34,305 nucleotides of DNA from Candidatus Heimdallarchaeota archaeon (GCA_021399345.1 JAAFKI010000197.1:1-34305), one strand, 5' to 3'; positions 20,203-28,599 are shown, counted from the first letter of the stretch. Notes: generated from the sequence alone by a model not told the origin. A program made the numbers and translations.

Positions 20203-21045
20203 ATGGCTATCAATTACTCAACTATTCTACCACATGGTTTTAATTTAATAGAAGAAATTTATCCTAATCCTAATGATGAATGGAAACAGCTCATCGAAGC
20301 TATGAAATTAGTAGCTAAAGAGATTTATGAAGTTGATCCACAAGTAATCATTATTGCTTCTCCACATAATCTGAGGATAGATGGGCAAATTGGTATAATC
20401 ACCTCAGAATGGATTGAAGGAATTTGGTGGAATGATGAGAAAACAAAGAAAGCAGAACTAAAATTCAAAATTGACAGAAGTACATCCAATCTTATTTATC
20501 AAAGAGCGAAAATGATGGATTTGCCAATTGTGGCTGTTAACTATGGAGCTGCAGAAGGAGAATATTCATCAATGAAAATGGATTGGGGGACAATGATTCC
20601 TCTTTGGTATGTAAATGAGATTTACAAACAAAACAAGAAAGATGTTCCTCCTGTTGTCTTGATCACTCCATCTAGAGAAATACCCTGGTCTAATCTAGTT
20701 GATTTTGGGAAGATGATGAATGGAGTTTGTGTCAATAACAAAATCAAATCAGTTTATATCGCTAGTTGCGATCATGGTCATGCACATGATCCGGACGGAC
20801 CTTACGGTTATCATCCCGCTTCCAAGGTTTTTGATGATCAGATAACTGAGTTGATTCAAAAAAATGAACTGAATAAAATATTAACTCTCTCGCCAGAATT
20901 CTTAGACCATGCAAAACCTGATAGTTTTTGGCAAATGCTAATTTTGTTAGGAATTTTAGAAGTTTCAGATCTAAAAAATGATTTGTGTGTTTATGGATGT
21001 CCTGAATACTATGGAATGATTGTAGCTGGATTTAAGAAGATTTGA
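20203..21045 (+). CDS. LigB/class III extradiol dioxygenase-like (Memo/LigB fold) protein
   Basis: LPHG, IIASPH, DWGTMIPL, ASCDHGHAH, GPYGY, FDD, YYGM. Confidence 0.8.
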   Translation: MAINYSTILPHGFNLIEEIYPNPNDEWKQLIEAMKLVAKEIYEVDPQVIIIASPHNLRIDGQIGIITSEWIEGIWWNDEKTKKAELKFKIDRSTSNLIYQRAKMMDLPIVAVNYGAAEGEYSSMKMDWGTMIPLWYVNEIYKQNKKDVPPVVLITPSREIPWSNLVDFGKMMNGVCVNNKIKSVYIASCDHGHAHDPDGPYGYHPASKVFDDQITELIQKNELNKILTLSPEFLDHAKPDSFWQMLILLGILEVSDLKNDLCVYGCPEYYGMIVAGFKKI

Positions 21046-21090
21046 TTTCAAATGGATAGTTATATTGGTAAGACTTACATATTTTATTCT

Positions 21091-21099
21091 GTTTCACTA
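21091..21099 (+). repeat. Dispersed motif copy 1 (GTTTCACTA)
   Basis: Matches the first 8 nt of the GTTTCACTGA copies and overlaps the right arm of an 8-bp inverted repeat TGGATAGT(21053-60)/ACTATCCA(21096-103). Confidence 0.4.
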
Positions 21100-21147
21100 T
21101 CCAATAAAGAGAAATAGCTTCTTTAGAGATACATTTTTCTTCTTCAT
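21097..21147 (-). pseudogene. Possible 5' remnant of a secreted-protein gene (MKKKNVSLKKLFLFIG*)
   Basis: Basic-then-hydrophobic start like the local signal peptides, TATA-like element about 45 nt upstream, and a stop codon inside the GTTTCACT motif. Confidence 0.3.
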
Positions 21148-21404
21148 CTTTTCTAACTTCCATGATTCTCTTTCATAAGTTACATGTGGATATAAAACTA
21201 ATAATTTGGAGTCTATTTGAAGAAAAAAGGAAAGGGAATTTTTGAATCATATAAACTTCCCTTATCAACCAACTAAAAAGAAAAACTTCGCACTAATCTC
21301 TCCTTTAGTATTCCTGATACTGTTAATACATATGGTTTTTGTTTACAGTAGAAGAGAATCAAAAAATACAATAAAACCTAAAAAGCCAAAGTTGTTCAGA
21401 TGTA

Positions 21405-23084
21405 CTATCTTTTTCTTTTAGAACTAAATCGGAAATAACCAAATACAATTAGTGGGATAAGTACAACTAAAGAAAGAAATGAATAGTAAATATTCTTATT
21501 TCTATAAACTGGAGGTTCAGAGAGAGGATAAGGATCTTCAGTTCCTGCAAATCCGTCTATACTATAGCTACCTACTCCTAAATAGTCTTCCCAGTAATTA
21601 CCTTCTAGAGTTGACAAATCATACCAAAGATTATTTTGTCCATCATCTTTTGCTTGAGCTGTTCCATAATATTGATTGTTATTTCTGAAGGAATTATGGT
21701 GTATTGAATTGTTTTTCGAGTATAGATCCAGAACCACTCCCCAAAAAGGATTTGATTCAAAAGTATTATATGTAATTGAACAATACGATGTATATTCAGC
21801 TAATATTCCATACAAACCATTAGAAGTACTAATGGAATTTAGCACTTCAATACTATAGGAGTATCTAAGGTGGATTCCTCCTTCATTATTTGAGCTCAAA
21901 ATAGAGTCTTTAAACATTAGTTGATTTGAAAATAAAACACTAATAGCAATATGAGTATTGGAGATTATTTGGTTAGAAATAACCCCTTGGGTACAATTTA
22001 TTATAACCAGTTGTCCATAATTGCTTTTTCTGATTTTAAAATCTTGTAAGTTAATTAGAAAACCTAAGGGTTTTCCGTTAACCAAATTGGAACTTACTTC
22101 ATATGTCAAGAAAATTTCAACTTTGTCATCTGAAAATTCAAAACCACAGTTTTCTAGCTGATTTTGATAAATTCTTGAATTTTCAGATTTTTTAACCCAA
22201 ATTCCAATACCTGAAGTTGAACAATAGTTATTCTCAACAGAACAATTTTCTGAGGATGAAATGAAAATACCCCTTCCCGATGCAAAACAACTATTGTCAG
22301 TTACAATGACATCACTTGAATAAATAACAAAAATGTTGTTATTTAAGTTATCACTGCAATAATTGTTAGTTACATATGATGAATTCGAATCTACAAGTCG
22401 TATTCCTCCATTAATAGTGTTGTTATGACATGAATTCTTTTCTACAAAAGAACGTTTACTTCCGTCAAGTAAGAGTCCACCTCTCAGGTTATTAGTACAA
22501 GTGTTATTTGAGGCTATACTTGAATTACAGTTTGAAAGATACAGTCCAACCCAATTATTTTTTGTACAATAATTATTAGAAATAATAGGGTTATGTGAGG
22601 ATCCCACAACTATTCCATGCCAAGAGTTATACTTGCAGATATTTCCAGTAACAGTAGTGTAATTCGAATCTAAAACTCTAATACCATGATAGAGATGATT
22701 TGTACAAGTGTTATTGATAATTTGCGCTGTTCCAGCTGACACATTCGATACATGAATGCCATAACTATCTGCATCTATATAACAATCACTTATAATGAAG
22801 AATTTTGAAGTATTGATAATTTCTATTCCTGAAGTAACATTCGTTGTTATATTCAAGTTTTGAATTAAAAAAGGAGATTCTGGAGTTCCATTGCCTGGAA
22901 ATCCATAAAAAGAAAAAGCTGTATCATTTTTAATTAATATAGGGGCATGATTAATAAGAAGTAATAAAGAATGTGAATCACTGGTTTCATCTATGTTCTC
23001 TGCTGTATTAGTGACATTTTGAATGCTCACTAAAAAAAGAAAAAAAAGAAGAAAAGCTAGTACTTTTGAATATTTCACACTCAT
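21405..23084 (-). CDS. Right-handed parallel beta-helix (NosD/CASH/pectin-lyase-like) surface protein
   Basis: Signal peptide from ATG 23084, HAPILI, GNGTPESPFLIQN, many GI.L..S....I.NN.C..N repeats, GNYWEDY, DPYPL, C-terminal TM and KRKR. Confidence 0.88.
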   Translation of the reverse strand: MSVKYSKVLAFLLFFLFLVSIQNVTNTAENIDETSDSHSLLLLINHAPILIKNDTAFSFYGFPGNGTPESPFLIQNLNITTNVTSGIEIINTSKFFIISDCYIDADSYGIHVSNVSAGTAQIINNTCTNHLYHGIRVLDSNYTTVTGNICKYNSWHGIVVGSSHNPIISNNYCTKNNWVGLYLSNCNSSIASNNTCTNNLRGGLLLDGSKRSFVEKNSCHNNTINGGIRLVDSNSSYVTNNYCSDNLNNNIFVIYSSDVIVTDNSCFASGRGIFISSSENCSVENNYCSTSGIGIWVKKSENSRIYQNQLENCGFEFSDDKVEIFLTYEVSSNLVNGKPLGFLINLQDFKIRKSNYGQLVIINCTQGVISNQIISNTHIAISVLFSNQLMFKDSILSSNNEGGIHLRYSYSIEVLNSISTSNGLYGILAEYTSYCSITYNTFESNPFWGVVLDLYSKNNSIHHNSFRNNNQYYGTAQAKDDGQNNLWYDLSTLEGNYWEDYLGVGSYSIDGFAGTEDPYPLSEPPVYRNKNIYYSFLSLVVLIPLIVFGYFRFSSKRKR

Positions 23085-23127
23085 CTTCTCACATCTTTTC
23101 TTATTAATCTTATTGTGATATATTCCC

Positions 23128-24234
23128 TTATCTAGATAAACAGAAATCTTCACCATAATAGTTAGATCTCTTTGGAAAAGTAACTGTACTATATTCAGGT
23201 AGCTCTAGAAGGGCAAAGAGATTATGTGCTATATATGCTGTATAGAAAATACTATCGAAACTTGCAGTTGTGCTCAAATCATATCCTGGAGGGGTACGTT
23301 CAGAACTTCCTCCCCAAGAGTATCTAAGGAAACAATAAGTCCAGCATCCTAATTCATTGCCTTCATCTTCGTAAGCAATTTGATTTATATCTGCGGCTGC
23401 AGCTAAAAAGAAATGACTCTTAATACTCAAATCAGCTATTCCTGTATCCATTCCATAGCTATGACAACTGTCAAAAAAGAGGAATATTCTTTCAGCTTTA
23501 CAGTCATCAAAGATATTAGCAAGCTCTGTATGGTTGAGAAAGCCATCCTCTCCTCCTCCACCAACATCAGCATCTTCCATACACAAAGAGTATGCTCCCA
23601 CATTGTCTCCGTGTCCTGAGAAAATGAAGGCTATTATATCTCCTCCATCTGCGTTCGATACAACATAATTAAGTTCTGATTTTACATTGCTTTCTGTAGC
23701 TTTTCCTATGCCTTCCTCCGCGTCGTCTTCATACTGTTTAACGTAATCAAAATCTAAACCAGTTGAATTTGTTAAATGTTTATTCCATTCATCTGCATCA
23801 TTTTCACAGTACAAAAGAGTTGTGTAGTTATCATGTGCATAATCATTTATTCCAACTATTACTGCATATGTTTTCACAAATATTAGTTCGAAATCATATA
23901 TCCAAGGTTCTCCTATGTCCCTAGCTAAAACATGGACTGATTCAGACGTATAGTTGGTTTTTGAAACATGCAGTGTCAAGTAATCTGTTGTACTTACATA
24001 TTCTCTGAATTCGTAATGACCATTCCCTTCAGTTATATAAGTATCTAATGTGATACTGCCTTTTTTCAACTTAACAGTAGCTCCGCTGAGGTTGCCTTCT
24101 TCATATGTAATAGTTCCGTTCCATTCTACCCAATTCCAGAACGCAGAAACGTTGTTTGTGTTCAGAACTGAGGACAGCGAAAATATTACAAGGATTAATA
24201 ATCCTATCGTTTTTACATTTTTATTTACTTTCAT
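23128..24234 (-). CDS. Secreted caspase-family (peptidase C14) protease with N-terminal carboxypeptidase-regulatory-like beta domain
   Basis: YAVIVGINDY, LYCENDA, catalytic His FSGHG, catalytic Cys FFDSCHS; signal peptide; LSGATVKL...GNGHYEF domain. Alternative GTG at 24243. Confidence 0.85.
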   Translation of the reverse strand: MKVNKNVKTIGLLILVIFSLSSVLNTNNVSAFWNWVEWNGTITYEEGNLSGATVKLKKGSITLDTYITEGNGHYEFREYVSTTDYLTLHVSKTNYTSESVHVLARDIGEPWIYDFELIFVKTYAVIVGINDYAHDNYTTLLYCENDADEWNKHLTNSTGLDFDYVKQYEDDAEEGIGKATESNVKSELNYVVSNADGGDIIAFIFSGHGDNVGAYSLCMEDADVGGGGEDGFLNHTELANIFDDCKAERIFLFFDSCHSYGMDTGIADLSIKSHFFLAAAADINQIAYEDEGNELGCWTYCFLRYSWGGSSERTPPGYDLSTTASFDSIFYTAYIAHNLFALLELPEYSTVTFPKRSNYYGEDFCLSR

Positions 24235-24370
24235 TTTTTTCACTGATTATTTTTTTACCACATACAGTGGCATACTTATATTTAGATTTGAGTATTTAAG
24301 GTGCTAGAACATTTCATGACAAGTGAAAAAATGAATCTAGAAGCATTGAAATCCTTTTTTCTATTCATTC

Positions 24371-24494
24371 CTCCTTTCGTTCATGTATAAAGCTTTTATA
24401 GTAGTACGAAGGAGAAAAATTGGAGCTAGTGACTTTCCTTTGCTTTACTTTCGTTTCACTGATGAATTTAGTTTAAGGGTTTGAGCTAGCTCCA
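24371..24494. other. Two adjacent imperfect hairpins; the second contains motif copy GTTTCACTGA (24453-24462)
   Basis: CTCCTTTCGT/ACGAAGGAG around TATAAAG-CTTTTATA; TGGAGCTAG(24421-29)/CTAGCTCCA(24486-94) with inner TCCTT/AAGGG and TTCGTT/GATGAA. Confidence 0.5.
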
Positions 24495-24738
24495 TCATTC
24501 TTCGACAATCTTCTGTTATATCTTATTACTTAGTTGAAACCATTGTCGTTCTATGAATTGAATGCTCACATATTTAAACAGATTTCTTTATATAAACATC
24601 ATTGATACAAACTGAAAGACTATTATCCTGAAAATTTATCAAGAACATCATACAGATGATTTTCTTCTTCGAAAATCAATTCCTTTTCCCCAATATATTT
24701 AAGAAAATGTAATTATAATTTCTCACCAAATAGGAGTT

Positions 24739-25488
24739 ATGAAAATGGATCATATTGGTAAAGAATTCATGAAAAAAACTCAATATAAATTTGTTTCAAG
24801 CTCTGATCAGAGTCAACAACTTCCCCAACCACCTCTTGAGATGGAATATGCTCATAAGATGAGAAGTATAAATTTACCAAAACCTGAAGAGATAGAAATA
24901 GATGATTATAGTTTAAGAAAAGCTATTGAAGAAAGAAAAAGTGTTAGAAAATATTCAGATGAACCCATTACTTTGGAGGAACTCTCTTGGTTACTATGGG
25001 CAACACAAGGAGTCAAAGAAGTTCATGGAAATAATTCGGCTACACTACGAAACGTCCCTTCAGCTGGCGCTAGACATGCTATTGAAACTTTCTTGTTGAT
25101 TAATAATGTCAAAGACTTTGAACCAGGAATCTATAGGTATATAGCTTTGGAACATAAACTAGTAGAATATATTCTTGAAGAAGGAATAGATGATAAAGTA
25201 GCTGAAGCAGCTTATGGACAAAAGATGGTGAAAAATGATTCAGTAACTTTTATCTGGGTCGCAGATATTTATCGTATGTTCTGGAGATATGTTGAGCGAG
25301 GATACAGGTACATTCACATAGATGCGGGACATATTTGCCAAAATCTCTATCTAGCAGCTGAAAACATTAACTCAGGTGTTTGTGCTATTGCAGCTTTTCA
25401 TGATGAGATGTTTAACGATTTACTTAAGCTTGACAAAGATGAACAGTTTGTCGTCTATTTGGCATCCGTTGGGAAGAAAAATAAATGA
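24739..25488 (+). CDS. SagB/ThcOx-family FMN-dependent dehydrogenase (nitroreductase superfamily)
   Basis: RKSVRKYS, LEELSWLLWATQG, RNVPSAGARHAIE, PGIYRY, RYVERGYRY, DAGHICQNLYL. GGAG SD-like sequence upstream. Confidence 0.92.
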   Translation: MKMDHIGKEFMKKTQYKFVSSSDQSQQLPQPPLEMEYAHKMRSINLPKPEEIEIDDYSLRKAIEERKSVRKYSDEPITLEELSWLLWATQGVKEVHGNNSATLRNVPSAGARHAIETFLLINNVKDFEPGIYRYIALEHKLVEYILEEGIDDKVAEAAYGQKMVKNDSVTFIWVADIYRMFWRYVERGYRYIHIDAGHICQNLYLAAENINSGVCAIAAFHDEMFNDLLKLDKDEQFVVYLASVGKKNK

Positions 25489-26507
25489 TTGAAAATAAGA
25501 AGAAATTCTACTTTACTTTAGCTTCAATATTACTAGTTTCAGCTCTACTGACTGCACTAGTAGCAATAGTTGAACCTCAACTTATGCTAGGGCAAAATAT
25601 TATTTTCAGTATCTTAGTATTTACTTTCTTAACAGTAATTTTTGCTCTACTTATTCCTCCTGTTAACAAATTTGTGATAGATCTGTTGAAGCAAAAATAT
25701 CTCTACTATATACTCTCCTCTAGTATATTGTTGTTCCTCCCTTTGCTAAACTGGATTTATGCAATTGAATTCAAACAAGCTGGTATCTCATTCCTTATTT
25801 GGTATTTTCTACCTACAATTCTATTTATTGTCCCAGCTTTTTTTGAAAATTTTAGATTTGATTTCCTGTTTCATATAGCTGCTGTAGTGCTGTTTGCAGT
25901 TGGTTTTGATGGAAGATTCACGTCTGATACTCTTTCAGGTTTTAGTTCTTCTGAGTACAATTTTAACGCATTATGGGTAAGTTCATTAATTCTCCTACTC
26001 TATTCAATTCAGCTTAATGAGTTTGAAGAAAAGACCAACTGGAAACCTTCGAAAAAAGGAGTATTATATGCTTTAAATTTGAGTGCAATTCTTGCAATTA
26101 TATCAATTCCTATCGGTCTATTAACTAACTTTCTAGAATGGTCTCCTAATTTTTCTGATGTGCCAATGATTTTTATCTCATTTATTGGTATTTGGTTTAC
26201 AATTGCCCTCCCAGAAGAATTAATTGCAAGAGGAGTTATCCAGCATCAACTTACTAACAAAGTTGTTAAGAAAGATGGAAGGTATTTCAAATACTGGAAG
26301 TGGGGTATCCTAATTGTCGCTTCTGTTATCTTTGGTATAAGTCATTGGAATAATACTTCGCCAGAGTTTATTTGGGTCTATATTCTGCTTGCATCTATAG
26401 CAGGAGTTGCTTATGGTATTTGTTGGTGGAAAGGCGGTCTATTTTCAGCTATACTTATCCATACTCTAGTTGATTGGGTGTGGCAATTATTCTTTAAAAC
26501 AACCTAA
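25485..26507 (+). CDS. CPBP (Abi/CAAX) family intramembrane glutamic endopeptidase with extra N-terminal TMs
   Basis: EELIARG, FGISH, HTLVDW motifs; about 10 TMs; ATGA overlap with the SagB-type gene. Confidence 0.88.
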   Translation: MIENKKKFYFTLASILLVSALLTALVAIVEPQLMLGQNIIFSILVFTFLTVIFALLIPPVNKFVIDLLKQKYLYYILSSSILLFLPLLNWIYAIEFKQAGISFLIWYFLPTILFIVPAFFENFRFDFLFHIAAVVLFAVGFDGRFTSDTLSGFSSSEYNFNALWVSSLILLLYSIQLNEFEEKTNWKPSKKGVLYALNLSAILAIISIPIGLLTNFLEWSPNFSDVPMIFISFIGIWFTIALPEELIARGVIQHQLTNKVVKKDGRYFKYWKWGILIVASVIFGISHWNNTSPEFIWVYILLASIAGVAYGICWWKGGLFSAILIHTLVDWVWQLFFKTT

Positions 26508-26562
26508 TCATCCCACGGAATTATTTTTAAATGAGTTTTCTTGTTAGAAATTGGTTAATGAT

Positions 26563-27438
26563 ATGGTAAAAAAGTACCCTGTCTTTGTTCTTTGTGGTAG
26601 AGATGAGAAAAAGAGAGAAGTTTTGGAAGATTTAGACCCAAATGATGAATATAAAGTTAAAGCTCTTTTACCCTTCTTAGGCAAAAGAATAATAGATTGG
26701 CAACTAGAAGCCTTAAGAGAGTCTCCTTACTGTGGAGAAATATTCCTCTTAGGTATTCAAAAAGAGATGGCATCATTTGACTTTCCAGTCCATTATGTAC
26801 CAATTCCGCTTATTTCAACTTTTGGACAAAAACTACTAGCAGGTCTGGAATATACCAGATCACAAGGCCTAGACGATAATATGTTTGTTGTTTCTTCTTC
26901 AGATACCCCAGGCATTACAGTAGAGCCAATTAATGATTTTTTTGAAATACTTGATAATTATCTAGATTATGATTTCATCCAATCTGTTGTACCTGAAGAT
27001 GTTAGTAAAAATGTATTTTCTGATCACCAAAGAGTCGTAGCGAAATTCAAGGAAATAACAGTATTCACTGGGGAACTGTATGCTATGAGTGAAAAGGGAA
27101 TTAGAACTGGTCAAAAAATTATTGATGAAACTGGAAGCGGAAGACGTAGAATTAGAAAAGAAAACAGAGAAAAAAAGAGTAGTGCATTAACTCCTATTAT
27201 CAGAATTGTACTTAGAAAACCAAGAACATGGCCATTAATTATCAGATTTCTTTTAGGAAGAATGACTTTAGCTAAAGCAGAAAAACTTCTTGAAATAATA
27301 GGAAATGTCAAAGTCAAAGCAGTGATCATTAATGATGCCGCTTTTGGTATGGACATTGACCTAACAGATGACTACATGAAAGTCAAAAAATATGTAAGCA
27401 AAATAAAAAATGTTCCTTTTACTGAAGGGATAAGTTAA
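26563..27438 (+). CDS. MobA-like NTP transferase (NTP_transf_3-type), paralog 1
   Basis: VLCGRD, KALLPFLGKRIIDW, SSDTPGI, FGMDID. ATG 26563 (TTG 26551 is the alternative). Confidence 0.8.
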   Translation: MVKKYPVFVLCGRDEKKREVLEDLDPNDEYKVKALLPFLGKRIIDWQLEALRESPYCGEIFLLGIQKEMASFDFPVHYVPIPLISTFGQKLLAGLEYTRSQGLDDNMFVVSSSDTPGITVEPINDFFEILDNYLDYDFIQSVVPEDVSKNVFSDHQRVVAKFKEITVFTGELYAMSEKGIRTGQKIIDETGSGRRRIRKENREKKSSALTPIIRIVLRKPRTWPLIIRFLLGRMTLAKAEKLLEIIGNVKVKAVIINDAAFGMDIDLTDDYMKVKKYVSKIKNVPFTEGIS

Positions 27439-27455
27439 AGATTAGACTTAACAAG

Positions 27456-27488
27456 GTTTCACTGAACAATTTGTATTGTTTCTGTGAA
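27456..27488. repeat. Motif copy GTTTCACTGAA (27456-27466) forming the arm of an imperfect hairpin
   Basis: TTCACTGAACAAT-TTGT-ATTGTTTCTGTGAA between convergent genes; 11-bp direct repeat of 28584-28594. Confidence 0.55.
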
Positions 27489-27528
27489 TATAAACGGTTA
27501 GTATTTAATGAAGTCAAGTGGTAATATT

Positions 27529-28467
27529 TCAATCGAATACGATTCTCATAAATTCGCTGTTTCCCATTTCATATAATTTATCAGCTATATCTACCATTTG
27601 TTGGTGGTCAGTTGATTTTTCGTAGGTTGCGAAGCGGATATGAGATTGTCGAAATCGCCAAATAGATGTTAATATCGCAGCGTAAATGCAAAATAGATTT
27701 AAAGATTTTATTTCAATTGGTGTTAACGATTTCACTTCTTGGTATCCTTTTATTAGAGCTTTCGTGTAGCTCATATCAACTATTTTATCCATAGTTAGCA
27801 ATCCTGTTATGGCCATACCCAAATCGAAAATCAAGAGATAATTTGAAACATCCTCAAAATCAATAATTGCTACCAGATTTCCATTTTTTTGAATAATATT
27901 ATCTGGAAATATGTCACCATGAACCAATCCAGTTGGTAGTTGGTCTGGAATTAGTGCCTCTATATATTCTAATTTGGTTTTAAGCCACTCAATATAGGGA
28001 TGATCAATATCTGAGGAGGTTACTTCATCAAGATAAGATAAACCGTAGGGAGAAGCGGTTTGGATATTATCTGGACAGGGAATCTCATGTAACTGGGCTA
28101 TGCGCCTACCTAATTGTTCAACAAATTGTATTGTGGGTCTCTTCACTATCTCTCCGTCAAGAAATTTCTTTAAATAGACAGGTTTACCATTATGTTCGAG
28201 TACATATTCGTGATCTTTTGACAAAATCACTTGATTAGTTTGAAAATGGTGTTTGTGAAGGTAGATCAACAATTTCGTTAAGGCTAGGGTTTGTTGCCTA
28301 GTTACATATTCACAGATGGTTAGGATATGTTTCTGAGTTTTATTTTGGATAAAATAATTTGTACTAGATCCCCCCGACATTGGATAAAATTTGATAATTT
28401 TACCGAGTGAATATGCATTTGCAAATTTAGTAATTTCTTTTGAGGTGAGAATTGTATAATGAGCCAT
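27529..28467 (-). CDS. Homoserine kinase type II-like phosphotransferase (APH/choline kinase fold)
   Basis: MAHYTIL start, STNYFI, ILTICE, IAQLH, Brenner motif HGDIFPDN, IIDF, FDLGM, GYQEV, WRF. Confidence 0.8.
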   Translation of the reverse strand: MAHYTILTSKEITKFANAYSLGKIIKFYPMSGGSSTNYFIQNKTQKHILTICEYVTRQQTLALTKLLIYLHKHHFQTNQVILSKDHEYVLEHNGKPVYLKKFLDGEIVKRPTIQFVEQLGRRIAQLHEIPCPDNIQTASPYGLSYLDEVTSSDIDHPYIEWLKTKLEYIEALIPDQLPTGLVHGDIFPDNIIQKNGNLVAIIDFEDVSNYLLIFDLGMAITGLLTMDKIVDMSYTKALIKGYQEVKSLTPIEIKSLNLFCIYAAILTSIWRFRQSHIRFATYEKSTDHQQMVDIADKLYEMGNSEFMRIVFD

Positions 28468-28580
28468 CTGAAATGAACACTTTTAATTTGTTTTATATCT
28501 TTATAAGATAGTCGATTTCAAGGATGTCGACCTGCTGTAGATATGAAAGGACCCATGCAGTATTTCAGATGTACAAAATG

Positions 28581-28599
28581 ACTGTTTCACTGAAACAGT
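28581..28599. promoter_or_regulatory. Perfect inverted repeat ACTGTTTCA-C-TGAAACAGT (operator, parS-like or recombination site)
   Basis: 9-bp perfect arms with a 1-nt spacer in the divergent intergenic region, 34 nt before ATG 28634. Confidence 0.6.

Noticed and set aside
21031-21164. 43-aa minus-strand ORF MEVRKDEEEK...
   Set aside because: No motif, it runs into the end of the dioxygenase gene, and there is no support for coding.
23085-23156. N-terminal extension of the beta-helix gene overlapping the caspase gene
   Set aside because: The signal peptide begins at the ATG at 23084, which removes the overlap.
24450-24560. Hammerhead ribozyme (CTGATGA at 24459, GAAAC-CATT-GTC at 24536)
   Set aside because: Core words are in the right order, but stems I and II do not pair in the required register and stem III would be only 2 bp.
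24244-26507. Streptolysin-like/TOMM RiPP cluster
   Set aside because: No YcaO or E1-like protein, and no Cys/Ser/Thr-rich precursor ORF was found in the upstream gap.
27446-27503. Canonical integron attC downstream of the kinase (minus strand TAAC...hairpin...GTTAAGT)
   Set aside because: Length and GTTRRRY fit, but RYYYAAC and the L-box spacing do not. No integrase or second attC is present. Kept only as part of the broader motif finding.
21395-28574. 11-bp repeat TTCAGATGTAC at 21395 and 28564
   Set aside because: Only two copies with no further extension; plausible by chance in AT-rich DNA.
21091-28599. CRISPR repeats (GTTTCA.../...TGAAAC ends)
   Set aside because: Copies are only 8-13 bp, kilobases apart, with no regular spacers and no cas genes.
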